The notes beneath the pieces were generated by a model. It did no database searches. It saw only the letters and a program-made list of their open reading frames with translations, and was not told where the DNA came from. DNA of 37,963 bases, from positions 1 through 37,963 of IMG/VR virus record IMGVR_UViG_3300042934_000176; one strand, 5' to 3'. The DNA is from a virus (lineage: Duplodnaviria; Caudoviricetes). Within the stretch, counting starts at the first letter, position 1; each line of letters begins with the position of its first letter. This document shows positions 25,105 through 34,324 of the stretch, piece after piece. Made by a program: the position numbers and the translations under genes.

Positions 25105-27525
25105 CTTTTCAAAGCCTCTTTGAACTCCGTATCCTGGTCCGAACCGGATAGTTTTTTCTGACCTTCTCCAGCCTTCTAATGATGCTAAAATACCATTGAT
25201 TTCTGCTGCATCTGATTTGCGCATCATATTAATGTGTCCTTTGAAGCACTCGCACCATACCTCTATGGCACATACCCTATCACGTTCCATTAGGGTGTTT
25301 GCATCTGCCTGATCAAGCATCTGCCAGTTAAACATCATACGGTCTGCAGAAGATTTCTTATACCAGTCAACTGGAATTTTTCTTTCTAAGAACTCTTTAA
25401 TAATTCCTTCCTTAGGGTTACTCTCTTTGTGGTCCTCTTGCTGCCTCATTGCTTCCTCTGCCACAGTTCCCTCAAGATATATCTTTTCACCTATCTGGTA
25501 CCGCATGAAAGCTTCCGCCCATATCTGATCCACTTCCTCAGGTAACTGTTTGAATACATTCTTAGTAACTTGCTGCTTCCCTAAATCTACTGGCCAGAAT
25601 CTTCTATTACCGGTTCTATCCTTTAAAAACTCTTTATCATTTGTTGTACCAACTATAATGCAGCACCTTGGAAATTCACCAGTACGTCTGCCATAAGGCG
25701 CCCTATATACATCTGTTTTTTTACTAAGAAACTGTTTTACTGCATTCATTTCTGATTTATTAAATCCGGTCAATTCTCCAGCTTCTATAATCCAATAACC
25801 CTGTATTAGTTCAGATGCATCCTTGCCCTCAAAGGTTGCTAGACTGTCGGAATACCAATCCTTGCCCAGGATTCCAAAGAAAGTACTCTTCCCTACGCCC
25901 TGAGGGCCAGAAAGAATAAGCATGTTGTCAAATTTAATTCCTGGATTCATTACTCTGGCCACCGCTGCTGTTAATGTCTTTCGGATAACCATCCTTATAT
26001 ACTCTGTATCTTCACATCCAAAATAATCTACTAGCAAAGTATCTAACCTGGGAACACCGTCCCATTTAAGAGAAATAAGGTATTCTTTTAGCTTATGCCT
26101 CTTTCTAGCCGTAGCATAAACCGCTACAGCATCATAGATACGTTCCTTGCCAGTAATGGTGTATACTTTTTCTATGTAGTGCCTTAGGCCAGCATCATCT
26201 TCATCTTTCCACGGTCTCTGCCGGTACCCTTTTGCAACTATATTTTCCCACGGCATTGGTGCAACTATTACTGCACGATTACCAAATTCATCATGATAAA
26301 ACCTGTCTTTTAGTTTTGGGTCATTATCCAGTATAATCAGTACATTATCTATTGTTTTATTAGGGAGTCCTGTTTGAGAACTACATTTTAAGCGTCCCAA
26401 CCAATCCATATCCGGCTTATCTTCAATGTTGTTATCTTGGTTAAAAGATGCCCCTGTAAACTCCTCCTGTGCCCTCTCATAGCGTTCAATACTGACTATC
26501 TTAGCAACTTCCTGATCATCCATGGCAAACTCGCACATGGACTTAAAGCTCTGTAGATTAGTCACTGGAGTGTCTGGCTTGGCGTCGTCATCTTTATCCT
26601 GGAATAAATGAAGTCTTACCAGGTCAAAGGCATTACAGAGCTTCCCAGCAGCCGGGTCTGTTGCATGATGGCTGTAAAGAAAATTACCGTTATCATAAAG
26701 CACCGCGCCACCAACAGTTGAGCCCTCCGTATATGTATATCTGTCACCTTCGCAGTAATCATAGATATCTTGAAGAAATTTATCTATAGCTGCAGGTATA
26801 TCATAAATTTTGCAAAATGCGCCAACAACGCCTTGTTTTTCTAGTGGATTACCCTGTTTCTTAGCAGAACGGTCTCTAAGTTTTGCTGCTCCTGGTACTT
26901 CTGGCCATTCAGCTACGTTTCGCCAATCTGTGTACAGATTCAGCATTCCATCTTTACTTAAGAAAGGTTTATCACCATAAACAAATACATATTCGCTATC
27001 ACTACTAATACTTGGCCAATACATTAACCTTACGGGCTCGAAGGTTGTAGGGTCAAAGATATGCATATTCAAAAAACTAGCTGTCTTTCTAGCGATAGGT
27101 TCGTATTCATCCGGCGAGCAGGGAACATCTAAAGGTAATATAATACGCAACCTTGGAGCCGCTCCCTCGTGCTTTCTAGTAGAATAGATAGCATAGCCAC
27201 AACCTAGAGCATCTACGGCGTTAATAACCGTTTGGGTACCACCAGGAGCAATACTATCAGCATCCAGGGTAACCAAGTGCCGGTTTAATGCAAACCCGTT
27301 TCGGCGCTTGCCTTCCTTTAATTCACCCCCTACAAACCCGCCCACGTCCTTTAATTCGTCTTGCTTAGACTTAGAGTATGATTTATATTCTGCAAGTGTT
27401 TCCGGGTGTCTTACTGGTTCTGAGAGCTTTTGTACCATGGCGGACCATAGGAGCTCCTGGGTTATCCAGCTGGTAGCTTTTCTACTGTTCGCCACGGCTA
27501 TTTTTAGTTTTCTGTCATTTAACAT
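25087..27525 (-). CDS. Primase-helicase (VirE/VapE-like P-loop ATPase with N-terminal AEP-like domain)
   Basis: LDAD, YSTRKH...PRLRIILPL; Walker A GPQGVGKST; GTTN..FL.D.TGNRRFWPV. Confidence 0.93.
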   Translation of the reverse strand: MLNDRKLKIAVANSRKATSWITQELLWSAMVQKLSEPVRHPETLAEYKSYSKSKQDELKDVGGFVGGELKEGKRRNGFALNRHLVTLDADSIAPGGTQTVINAVDALGCGYAIYSTRKHEGAAPRLRIILPLDVPCSPDEYEPIARKTASFLNMHIFDPTTFEPVRLMYWPSISSDSEYVFVYGDKPFLSKDGMLNLYTDWRNVAEWPEVPGAAKLRDRSAKKQGNPLEKQGVVGAFCKIYDIPAAIDKFLQDIYDYCEGDRYTYTEGSTVGGAVLYDNGNFLYSHHATDPAAGKLCNAFDLVRLHLFQDKDDDAKPDTPVTNLQSFKSMCEFAMDDQEVAKIVSIERYERAQEEFTGASFNQDNNIEDKPDMDWLGRLKCSSQTGLPNKTIDNVLIILDNDPKLKDRFYHDEFGNRAVIVAPMPWENIVAKGYRQRPWKDEDDAGLRHYIEKVYTITGKERIYDAVAVYATARKRHKLKEYLISLKWDGVPRLDTLLVDYFGCEDTEYIRMVIRKTLTAAVARVMNPGIKFDNMLILSGPQGVGKSTFFGILGKDWYSDSLATFEGKDASELIQGYWIIEAGELTGFNKSEMNAVKQFLSKKTDVYRAPYGRRTGEFPRCCIIVGTTNDKEFLKDRTGNRRFWPVDLGKQQVTKNVFKQLPEEVDQIWAEAFMRYQIGEKIYLEGTVAEEAMRQQEDHKESNPKEGIIKEFLERKIPVDWYKKSSADRMMFNWQMLDQADANTLMERDRVCAIEVWCECFKGHINMMRKSDAAEINGILASLEGWRRSEKTIRFGPGYGVQRGFEKCNILL

Positions 27526-27530
27526 AGCTC

Positions 27531-29495
27531 CTACTCCTTCTTGTAATAAGTTCCTGTAAATCCATCCGCATTAAGCGGCAATCCCTGCGCCCAGGGAGCT
27601 GATTGGCACATAATGCTTACAGCATCCTCAAGACTTTGTGATCCGTTAATAGGTATTTCAGTTATTACTTCATCGTGGATATGGAAATTAATTTTATAGC
27701 CGGCACAATGGAGATTTATAAGAGCATAAGCTAGACAATCTCTTGCGACTGCCTGAACGATATTCTCGACTAGTTTACCGCCATATGTTTGAATTGCTTC
27801 CCACTTCTTATTTGTTTGGTTCTGGCCCATAAACCATAAAGACTCAAAACCTCTATCATTTGGTATAAGTTTAGGTTCGTTGTAGAATAATCTTCTTCCT
27901 GAAGGAAGTATTATCATAAGTCTACTTTCGTCCCTGGTGAATGTGATACCATGGGGCAAGGATGAAACAACACCATACTTTACACATTCTACGGCCCGTT
28001 GTTCGACACTGTACCAGAAGTCTACAATTCGTCTGTTTGATCCTCGCCAACGTCTTACGATATCCGGAAGATCTTCTTCGGCCAGTCCCATGTTTAATGC
28101 ACCCATTTGAATAAGTGCACCGGATGATCCTTGATATCCAAGTGCCAGCTCTGCGACTTTACCTTTTTGTCTTAGCTCATATTCCGGATTTCCTTTTTTA
28201 ATAAGCTCTATTGGTACGCCAAACATTGCAGATGCAGAAGCTTCGTATATTTTTCCATGAGTACGGAATACATTTAGCCGCCATTCTTCTCCAGAAAGCC
28301 ACGCAATTACACGAGCTTCTATAGCACTAAAGTCTGCCACTGCAAACTCATGTCCTTCTTCTGGTATAAAGGCTGTACGGATTAACTGTGAAAGGGTATC
28401 TGGAACATTTCCATAAATAAGTTTAAGTGCTTGGATATTTTGCCTCTTAACTAGCTCTCTTGCAGTATTGAGTGACTCTATATAGTTCCTTGGTAGATTC
28501 TGAACTTGTACTAATCGCCCTGCCCATCTGCCGGTACGGTTAGCACCATAGAATTGTAATAACCCTCTTACACGGTCATCACTACAAACAGCAGCTGTCA
28601 TAGCATTGTATTTTTTTACACTTGCTTTTGCTAATTCCTGCCTGATCTGCAGTAATGCTTGTACTTCATCGCTACCGGTTTTATTGGCCAATAATTCAGC
28701 AACTGTTTGTTTTGTCAGCCCATCCAATTCAATGTCTGCCTGAGATTCAATCCAGGTTTTTAATTGTGCCACGCTATTTGGGTTCTCTAGTCCGGATATA
28801 TCTTTCGCTTTATCTGTTAGCTCATTGGCCATATGTTCGTTAATAGCAAGAGCACCATTCACCATGTCCGTGTCTATGTTTACTCCATGAATATTAATTT
28901 GTTGATCTACCTGCCATAGTTTCCACTCTTCATCAGGTACCGGATAGGCTGAAAGTGTACGACTAATTTCCATTTCTGTTACAACGTCTTGTCTGCAGTA
29001 TTCTTTAAACAAATTCCATTTACCTGGCTCATGCTTTGGAAGATTTCTAGTGCGTCCACCGTTCCGCTTTGTAGGGGCGCATGGAACACAGAAATACTTA
29101 ATCAAAGTTTTACCCTCTGCCATTTTTCGTTTGTCTGAAGGAAATCTAAGTGCTTTACCAGCTGAATCTAAACTTCCAGGGAATCCGCAATATAAGGAAT
29201 GCACCATGGTACAGCGCCATTGCTCGATATGAGTTTCAAAGAATTTACTAAGAGCGTAATATTCAAAAGCGGCATTAAAAGCTGTTTTAATTACTTCTGG
29301 TCTATGTAGGTCCATTACTGTAAAATAGGGAATCTTTTCACCTTGGGCTAGATCCACTACTTGAACCGGACTGCCATCATAAGAGTAAGCAAATAATAGA
29401 ATTTCAAAGTCCGGAGACTGCACGTATTTGTACAGTCCGGACTTCTTAATATCAACGCTACTAAAAGTCTCTAAGTCAATAGATAAAGTTCTCAA
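27531..29495 (-). CDS. Family A DNA polymerase with 3'-5' exonuclease domain
   Basis: IDLETFS (exo I), DFSAIEAR (motif A), RQKGKVAELALGY (motif B), HIHDEV (motif C). Confidence 0.96.
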   Translation of the reverse strand: MRTLSIDLETFSSVDIKKSGLYKYVQSPDFEILLFAYSYDGSPVQVVDLAQGEKIPYFTVMDLHRPEVIKTAFNAAFEYYALSKFFETHIEQWRCTMVHSLYCGFPGSLDSAGKALRFPSDKRKMAEGKTLIKYFCVPCAPTKRNGGRTRNLPKHEPGKWNLFKEYCRQDVVTEMEISRTLSAYPVPDEEWKLWQVDQQINIHGVNIDTDMVNGALAINEHMANELTDKAKDISGLENPNSVAQLKTWIESQADIELDGLTKQTVAELLANKTGSDEVQALLQIRQELAKASVKKYNAMTAAVCSDDRVRGLLQFYGANRTGRWAGRLVQVQNLPRNYIESLNTARELVKRQNIQALKLIYGNVPDTLSQLIRTAFIPEEGHEFAVADFSAIEARVIAWLSGEEWRLNVFRTHGKIYEASASAMFGVPIELIKKGNPEYELRQKGKVAELALGYQGSSGALIQMGALNMGLAEEDLPDIVRRWRGSNRRIVDFWYSVEQRAVECVKYGVVSSLPHGITFTRDESRLMIILPSGRRLFYNEPKLIPNDRGFESLWFMGQNQTNKKWEAIQTYGGKLVENIVQAVARDCLAYALINLHCAGYKINFHIHDEVITEIPINGSQSLEDAVSIMCQSAPWAQGLPLNADGFTGTYYKKE

Positions 29496-30343
29496 ATACC
29501 CATCACTCCCCCAGACATTGGCATACCGGTTACTGGATTAACCTGTTGCGGTTGCGGTACTGGGTATCCTTGCTGCTGATATGGTTGCTGCTGATATCCA
29601 GGCGCTTGGTATGGAGTTTGTGTAGGTGCCTGTTGCGGTGCAAAATTATTCTGTGGTTGTTGTACCTGGTATCCTTGCTGCTGTATGGGATTACTCTGGC
29701 TGAACCAAGCAGGATCTTGATATTGCTGCTGTGGCTGCTGGTATGAAAACTGATTCTGCGCAGGTGCCTGATAGGTTTGCGGTTGAAACTGTTGTATCTG
29801 ATTTGGACTGTAGGAATTGTTACCACCAAAGTCATCTGCAGCGGAAGTTCTTCCACTAAGCGGATCTCCATCAGCGAGTTTCTGGACATTACCTAGCCCA
29901 CAACCAACACCTTTATTACCATTTTTATTATAAGCAAAGAATCTAAGAGAAACTCGGCCATAGCATCCGGAATAAATTTCTGCTTGATTGAGAATTGGTT
30001 GAACATTGATATCTACTACAGACGGTTGCTGTAAAGAAGATGCTGTCATAACCAAATGCCCTTTACACTCTTCCCCAAAAGGTTCTCCGGATGTAGGTCT
30101 TACCCCATCACCGTCATATAGGGGCATGTTTAGTCTAGGTGGTCTTACTCCTCCAAAAGTGCTTGTAATTCCTTCCTGTACGGCAGCATCCATTGCTTGC
30201 TGTATTGCCTGTATGGTTGCAACATCTGATTTAGGAATTAAGATAGTAAGAGAATATTTTGGTTCTCCACCTTCCTGCGGTGCTCTTGGTGTAAAAATGT
30301 TTGTAAAACTGAATCGTACTTTTCCTGTTGTTATTGTACTCAT
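29492..30343 (-). CDS. Gp2.5-like ssDNA-binding protein (DUF2815) with long Q/P/Y-rich C-terminal extension
   Basis: VRFSF, KYSLTILIPK.D, PL.DGD, YSGCY.R, GNKGV.CGLGNVQK..DG.PL; synteny with PolA. Confidence 0.9.
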   Translation of the reverse strand: MSTITTGKVRFSFTNIFTPRAPQEGGEPKYSLTILIPKSDVATIQAIQQAMDAAVQEGITSTFGGVRPPRLNMPLYDGDGVRPTSGEPFGEECKGHLVMTASSLQQPSVVDINVQPILNQAEIYSGCYGRVSLRFFAYNKNGNKGVGCGLGNVQKLADGDPLSGRTSAADDFGGNNSYSPNQIQQFQPQTYQAPAQNQFSYQQPQQQYQDPAWFSQSNPIQQQGYQVQQPQNNFAPQQAPTQTPYQAPGYQQQPYQQQGYPVPQPQQVNPVTGMPMSGGVMGI

Positions 30344-31542
30344 GATACGGTATCCTCCTTATATATGTTTTCGCCTCCGAAATCATCGGCTGCAGTATTA
30401 TTTAGTTTCATTTCAGGTCTTTTATCATTATGTAAAGCTAAAGTAGGTGAGCCTTGTGGTTTTTCAATAAACTGTGAAAGGATATTACTGTAATCATCAC
30501 TACTAATTATCTTTTCTACTTCGGTAAGGGATAAAGGTTTACTTTCGTATAAAAGTGCCTTTTCATAACCGGCAGCCTGAAGCGCTTCGAAAGCCTTGTC
30601 GAAATCAGTAATAGTTCTATTGCTACGCCCTTCTACTATTTTCCATCCTGGTATTTCATTGCCCTTTACTAGCTGATCTAATGCATACTTTTCTAGTTTC
30701 TTAACCCACTTAGAAAGAAATTGAGCCTTTTCAAGAATTTCTCCGACAGCCAGGTTTGATAAAAGAGAGGGCGGCTCTGCTCCATCATATTTAACTAATT
30801 CCAGGTTCTCATCCGAACGATGTTTACAGGTAGCTGCAGCTTTACAGAAACTATCATCACACCATGCACCCTGCTTAAATTCACCTTTTCCATCAAAAGC
30901 TAAAGCTGCAGCTGGTTTTACAATAACATTCGCCCAAGTATTCAGCTCCTTCGCATTTGTCTCCCAGTAAGAAATGTTATTTAACCTTGGCTGTACAATA
31001 TGCAAAGTCACTTTATCAATGGGATAAAACATCTTGTAGGCATTGATGACACCAACTGCGTATAACGATAACTGCGGGTTCGCCTCTGCACTTACCGGTA
31101 CACCTTTACCATATTTAAAATCAAATACATGGCAGTCTGATCCGGATAGAATTACGCAATCTGCAGTACCGAAACCTTCGGGGGCAATATTGCTATAGTC
31201 TATTTTCTTCTCTACAGCTATGTATGGCGCAGTTGGATATGCATAAGCTGTAGTTGAAACATACTCAACATACATATCTGTAAATCGGTCCATTTCGTCC
31301 TGATACCGTGGATCTTTCTTTAATTTGTTAAGCCTCGTCTTAAAGGTTCTTTCAGACATTGCAATTTCCACAAACAGCTTTCGTAATTTCAATTCGCCCA
31401 TTGCATGAGCTAGAGTTCCTTCTTCTGCAGCTTCGGAGGACTTGTCCTCGAACAAATCCTCTAGTCTTGCAGAAGGAGGACAATTCAACCACTTTTTAGC
31501 GCTGGATGCGGCTAATAGGGCGTGTTCTCTTTCTTCACTCAT
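30340..31542 (-). CDS. DUF2800 Cas4-like PD-(D/E)XK exonuclease
   Basis: HALL..SS...W..CP.S, EGT.AH, FGTAD, DFKYGKG and QL.LYA motifs. Confidence 0.92.
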   Translation of the reverse strand: MSEEREHALLAASSAKKWLNCPPSARLEDLFEDKSSEAAEEGTLAHAMGELKLRKLFVEIAMSERTFKTRLNKLKKDPRYQDEMDRFTDMYVEYVSTTAYAYPTAPYIAVEKKIDYSNIAPEGFGTADCVILSGSDCHVFDFKYGKGVPVSAEANPQLSLYAVGVINAYKMFYPIDKVTLHIVQPRLNNISYWETNAKELNTWANVIVKPAAALAFDGKGEFKQGAWCDDSFCKAAATCKHRSDENLELVKYDGAEPPSLLSNLAVGEILEKAQFLSKWVKKLEKYALDQLVKGNEIPGWKIVEGRSNRTITDFDKAFEALQAAGYEKALLYESKPLSLTEVEKIISSDDYSNILSQFIEKPQGSPTLALHNDKRPEMKLNNTAADDFGGENIYKEDTVS

Positions 31543-32027
31543 TAGATGTTAGCACCTGCCCCTCTTAGCAAGGTAGCAAGAGCTGCATATTGATCTTTTG
31601 GTACCTGCATCAATGTTTCTGCACCAAACTGTGAAAGTATCCCCATAACAGCGTCATACTTTCCGGCATCACATAATGAAGTCATTGCCACTGCGATTTG
31701 ATCCTGGGTATAATTTTGCGCTGTGTGGCTTGTAGGTACCTGACCCTGTGGTGCTAATTGTCCAGGCATATTCTGCTGTGCAGGTATATTGGGATGAATA
31801 GGTGCTTGCTGCATTGGCTGCTGATATGCAGGCATTGGGTTTGGCTGCTGTATCGGCGGTTGCACCGGCGCGAATTGCTGTACTTGATTTTGATTAGGCA
31901 TAGTCTGTTGTGGTATTGGTTGCTGATTCTGTACCAGTGCATTATTTTTAGTACCCAGCGCACTTGCCAAATTATTGATGGCAGTAATTAATCCTTCTAG
32001 CTCCTGAATTTTGATTGTTATTTCCAT
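31542..32027 (-). CDS. Replication-module protein with Q/P-rich linker and small helical C-terminal domain
   Basis: Position before DUF2800; C-terminal IL..FGA..L..VP...Y..L pattern. Confidence 0.8.
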   Translation of the reverse strand: MEITIKIQELEGLITAINNLASALGTKNNALVQNQQPIPQQTMPNQNQVQQFAPVQPPIQQPNPMPAYQQPMQQAPIHPNIPAQQNMPGQLAPQGQVPTSHTAQNYTQDQIAVAMTSLCDAGKYDAVMGILSQFGAETLMQVPKDQYAALATLLRGAGANI

Positions 32028-32145
32028 GGTTAAAATCCTCCGATTTCTTTGTGATAGGGTTTACAGGTTCCTCTTTAATACAATCGCATTTTTCTCCTGG
32101 GTCCAGATTGGCCCCACAATATTTACAGGTGTAATAGTTGTTCAT
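31972..32145 (-). CDS. 57-aa zinc-finger protein, not in ORF track
   Basis: MNNYYTCKYCGANLDPGEKCDC...; ATG overlaps the AbrB-like stop. Confidence 0.7.
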   Translation of the reverse strand: MNNYYTCKYCGANLDPGEKCDCIKEEPVNPITKKSEDFNHGNNNQNSGARRINYCHQ

Positions 32146-32396
32146 TCTTTCATTGCCTCCTTCAGTAAATCAGCTATACATTCGGGACACATATGTACTC
32201 CATTTTTCTCAACTAGTCCATCCTCCGTGGATCCACAGCATACACACTGCAACCTAGCCGGCTCTATGCACAAAACTCCATTTTTAAGATAAATATCTAC
32301 CGGATCCTTTTCACTAATTCGTAATGACTTTCTAAATTCTTTTGGTATAACTACTCTTCCTAATTCATCAATATTTCTAACGATTCCTTTTATCAT
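32142..32396 (-). CDS. AbrB-family transcriptional regulator with C-terminal CxxC...CxxC domain
   Basis: GIVRNIDELGRVVIPKEFRK.L.I; CVCCG...MCPECI. Confidence 0.9.
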   Translation of the reverse strand: MIKGIVRNIDELGRVVIPKEFRKSLRISEKDPVDIYLKNGVLCIEPARLQCVCCGSTEDGLVEKNGVHMCPECIADLLKEAMKE

Positions 32397-32398
32397 GA

Positions 32399-32941
32399 TT
32401 ATTTATCCCCCTTTACAATGAATAGTTTACCGACATCAATATTGGTCACAAGAGTGGTACACTCTTCTTTCTTGATTTCAATTTCTGAAATATCAAACCC
32501 AAGGTTTTCAAGGATTTTAAGACTATCCTTCGCGTTATTCGCATTGCATACAGCAATAAGTCCGTCGTACTCTCTTTCACAGTCTTTTGTTTTTTTACTA
32601 TATGAATCTTCGATTTTTTGTGCTTCTACGATATCTATGTAAGTATCCCGAAGATGGCTTATTGATAGTTTATTAATTAATTCGTTGAAGCTATTAGCAG
32701 GAGATCTATAATTTCTCAGGAATGAAGCAATTCCTAGATTAGTTATAGTTTCAACTAACTTGTCATATTCAACACCTGCAGCCACCACTTTTGCCTTAAT
32801 GTCTGCAAATTTTTCACTATAAGCTTCGAAAAACAAATCTTTAGCAACTTCTTGTTTCTGTTGGCTTTCTTCTATTAATCTCCTAATAGATTCTTCCTTT
32901 TTCCTCTCCAGGAACCTTTTAATCTCAATTTTATTTGCCAC
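32399..32941 (-). CDS. Hypothetical helical protein
   Basis: GTG start after AGGAGG; no recognisable motif. Confidence 0.75.
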   Translation of the reverse strand: MANKIEIKRFLERKKEESIRRLIEESQQKQEVAKDLFFEAYSEKFADIKAKVVAAGVEYDKLVETITNLGIASFLRNYRSPANSFNELINKLSISHLRDTYIDIVEAQKIEDSYSKKTKDCEREYDGLIAVCNANNAKDSLKILENLGFDISEIEIKKEECTTLVTNIDVGKLFIVKGDK

Positions 32942-33027
32942 TTTACATCCTCCTGTTTCTGCCCTATAATAAGGCTATGGTTATTTACTTATTGGCTCGA
33001 CTTATTCGCGGTAAGCCGGGCTTTTTT
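32942..33027 (+). ncRNA. Putative antisense sRNA unit (promoter + about 50-nt RNA + terminator)
   Basis: TTTACA-17 nt-TATAAT (32942-32970) followed by a GC-rich hairpin and TTTTTT (32995-33027), opposite to the early operon. Confidence 0.55.
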
Positions 33028-33291
33028 CTTTTCTTCTTTTAGATAGAATATTTTGTTATCAATACGCTCGATATCTTCTTTGATTCTCTCCGAATCCTTC
33101 GGTTCAAGTAGCTCAAACTCATCCAAAGTGATATAAATACCTACAGCTTTATTTAGTGTATTAGCAGCATCATTCAATACCTTGTATGTACTATCTACAT
33201 TTATTAAATTTGCCTGGCAACATAATGTCTGTATCCACTTCCTCTGCCTGATTACTGCCTGTTTATCCACAGTTAAAACAATTTGATTCAC
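32989..33291 (-). CDS. Hypothetical protein
   Basis: Start re-assigned to GTG 33291 after GGAGGAGG. Confidence 0.7.
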   Translation of the reverse strand: MNQIVLTVDKQAVIRQRKWIQTLCCQANLINVDSTYKVLNDAANTLNKAVGIYITLDEFELLEPKDSERIKEDIERIDNKIFYLKEEKKKARLTANKSSQ

Positions 33292-33413
33292 TTTGCCTCC
33301 TCCTTTCTTTTTCTTTTCCAGGCACACCACGGGCACTCATACCCGGCTTTTGGTATCCGCTGCAGGATGCTAACGTTCCAATACCTCCCGCAGGTCTTAC
33401 ATAAGGATTTCAT
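33288..33413 (-). CDS. 41-aa zinc-ribbon protein, not in ORF track
   Basis: MKSLCKTCGRYWNVSILQRIPKAGYECPWCAWKRKRKEEAK*; start/stop overlaps on both sides. Confidence 0.7.
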   Translation of the reverse strand: MKSLCKTCGRYWNVSILQRIPKAGYECPWCAWKRKRKEEAK

Positions 33414-33580
33414 AGCGCTGCCCCAATCCAATTATCTAAATCAGCTTCGTATGCCCATTCTTCGCAGCCATCATCCCACCGGATACCATAAATTCCATCA
33501 TCCTCTTCAAGGACCTCAAATGTGTGTATCCCGCCACTTAATAATACGGTGTAGGTTTGTCCTACTTCATACTTTGGCAT
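33410..33580 (-). CDS. 56-aa acidic hypothetical protein, not in ORF track
   Basis: MPKYEVGQTYTVLLSGGIHTFEVLEEDDGIYGIRWDDGCEEWAYEADLDNWIGAAL*; RBS GGGAGG. Confidence 0.7.
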   Translation of the reverse strand: MPKYEVGQTYTVLLSGGIHTFEVLEEDDGIYGIRWDDGCEEWAYEADLDNWIGAAL

Positions 33581-33582
33581 GG

Positions 33583-33693
33583 TTAATCCTCCCTTCTGAA
33601 TGCTACTACTTGTCCATTCTCAATTACTGTTACTCTGCCTTTTTTCTCATACATATCCAGGCAGTCTTGGATTGTAATTGTTTCGTTATTCAT
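33583..33693 (-). CDS. 36-aa hypothetical protein, not in ORF track
   Basis: MNNETITIQDCLDMYEKKGRVTVIENGQVVAFRRED*; RBS GGAGGT. Confidence 0.7.
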   Translation of the reverse strand: MNNETITIQDCLDMYEKKGRVTVIENGQVVAFRRED

Positions 33694-33696
33694 GGC

Positions 33697-33900
33697 TTAT
33701 ACCTCCCCTCCTTGATCTTTATTGCAATGATTTAGTTGTTCTGCTACTATTTGTGCAGCCTCCCTGTTATTGGTCCATCCACCAGTATATTCTCTATTGC
33801 CGGAGTGGTCTACTTCGTTAATATCTCTAATGCGGTAGGCTGCATACACCTTCTCTCCACCAATTAGATTTGATGTAACTTTCCATTCACTATAATTCAA
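33697..33900 (-). CDS. Hypothetical protein
   Basis: TTG start after GGGAGG; VDHSGNREY motif. Confidence 0.75.
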   Translation of the reverse strand: MNYSEWKVTSNLIGGEKVYAAYRIRDINEVDHSGNREYTGGWTNNREAAQIVAEQLNHCNKDQGGEV

Positions 33901-33923
33901 TAGCTTGTCCTCCCTTCTACCGC

Positions 33924-34070
33924 CTAAGCGGTTTTATCCTGTTTCCGCTCTGCTCGAAAATCAGTTAAAATCTTCTTTGCATATTCCTTCGAACTCATAC
34001 CAGTATAGGCTTGTATCATTTTTTCCATGCTTTCTCTTTCTTTTATCTTGAATGAAGCTGATTCAGCCAT
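33924..34070 (-). CDS. 48-aa hypothetical protein, not in ORF track
   Basis: MAESASFKIKERESMEKMIQAYTGMSSKEYAKKILTDFRAERKQDKTA*; RBS AAGGAG. Confidence 0.7.
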   Translation of the reverse strand: MAESASFKIKERESMEKMIQAYTGMSSKEYAKKILTDFRAERKQDKTA

Positions 34071-34082
34071 ATCAATTCTCCT

Positions 34083-34280
34083 TTACTCTTCGCTTTCATA
34101 TGTAATATTTTCATAGGCAAACTCAACCATTTTAGAAACTATACTTCTTAGTGATTCTCCTGTCTCATCTGCTACTTCCAATACTTTGTTGTAACTTTCT
34201 GCATTAATTTTAATTACTACTTGTCCAGTTGGTTCAATCGCCGGACGTTTCTTTCTTTTAAATACTAGATCCATCACCAC
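34083..34280 (-). CDS. Ribbon-helix-helix (Arc/CopG-like) DNA-binding protein
   Basis: VVIKINAESYNKVLEVADETGESLRSIVSKMVEFA; start probably GTG 34280 or ATG 34274 after GAGGTG. Confidence 0.7.
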   Translation of the reverse strand: MVMDLVFKRKKRPAIEPTGQVVIKINAESYNKVLEVADETGESLRSIVSKMVEFAYENITYESEE

Positions 34281-34324
34281 TATCACCTCTTATCCTGTTT
34301 TGGTTTGTGCCTAGCCCCTAAGGA

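Noticed and set aside
33283-33735. 150-aa + strand ORF
   Set aside because: Overlaps a chain of minus-strand micro-ORFs with good RBSs that fit the operon direction.
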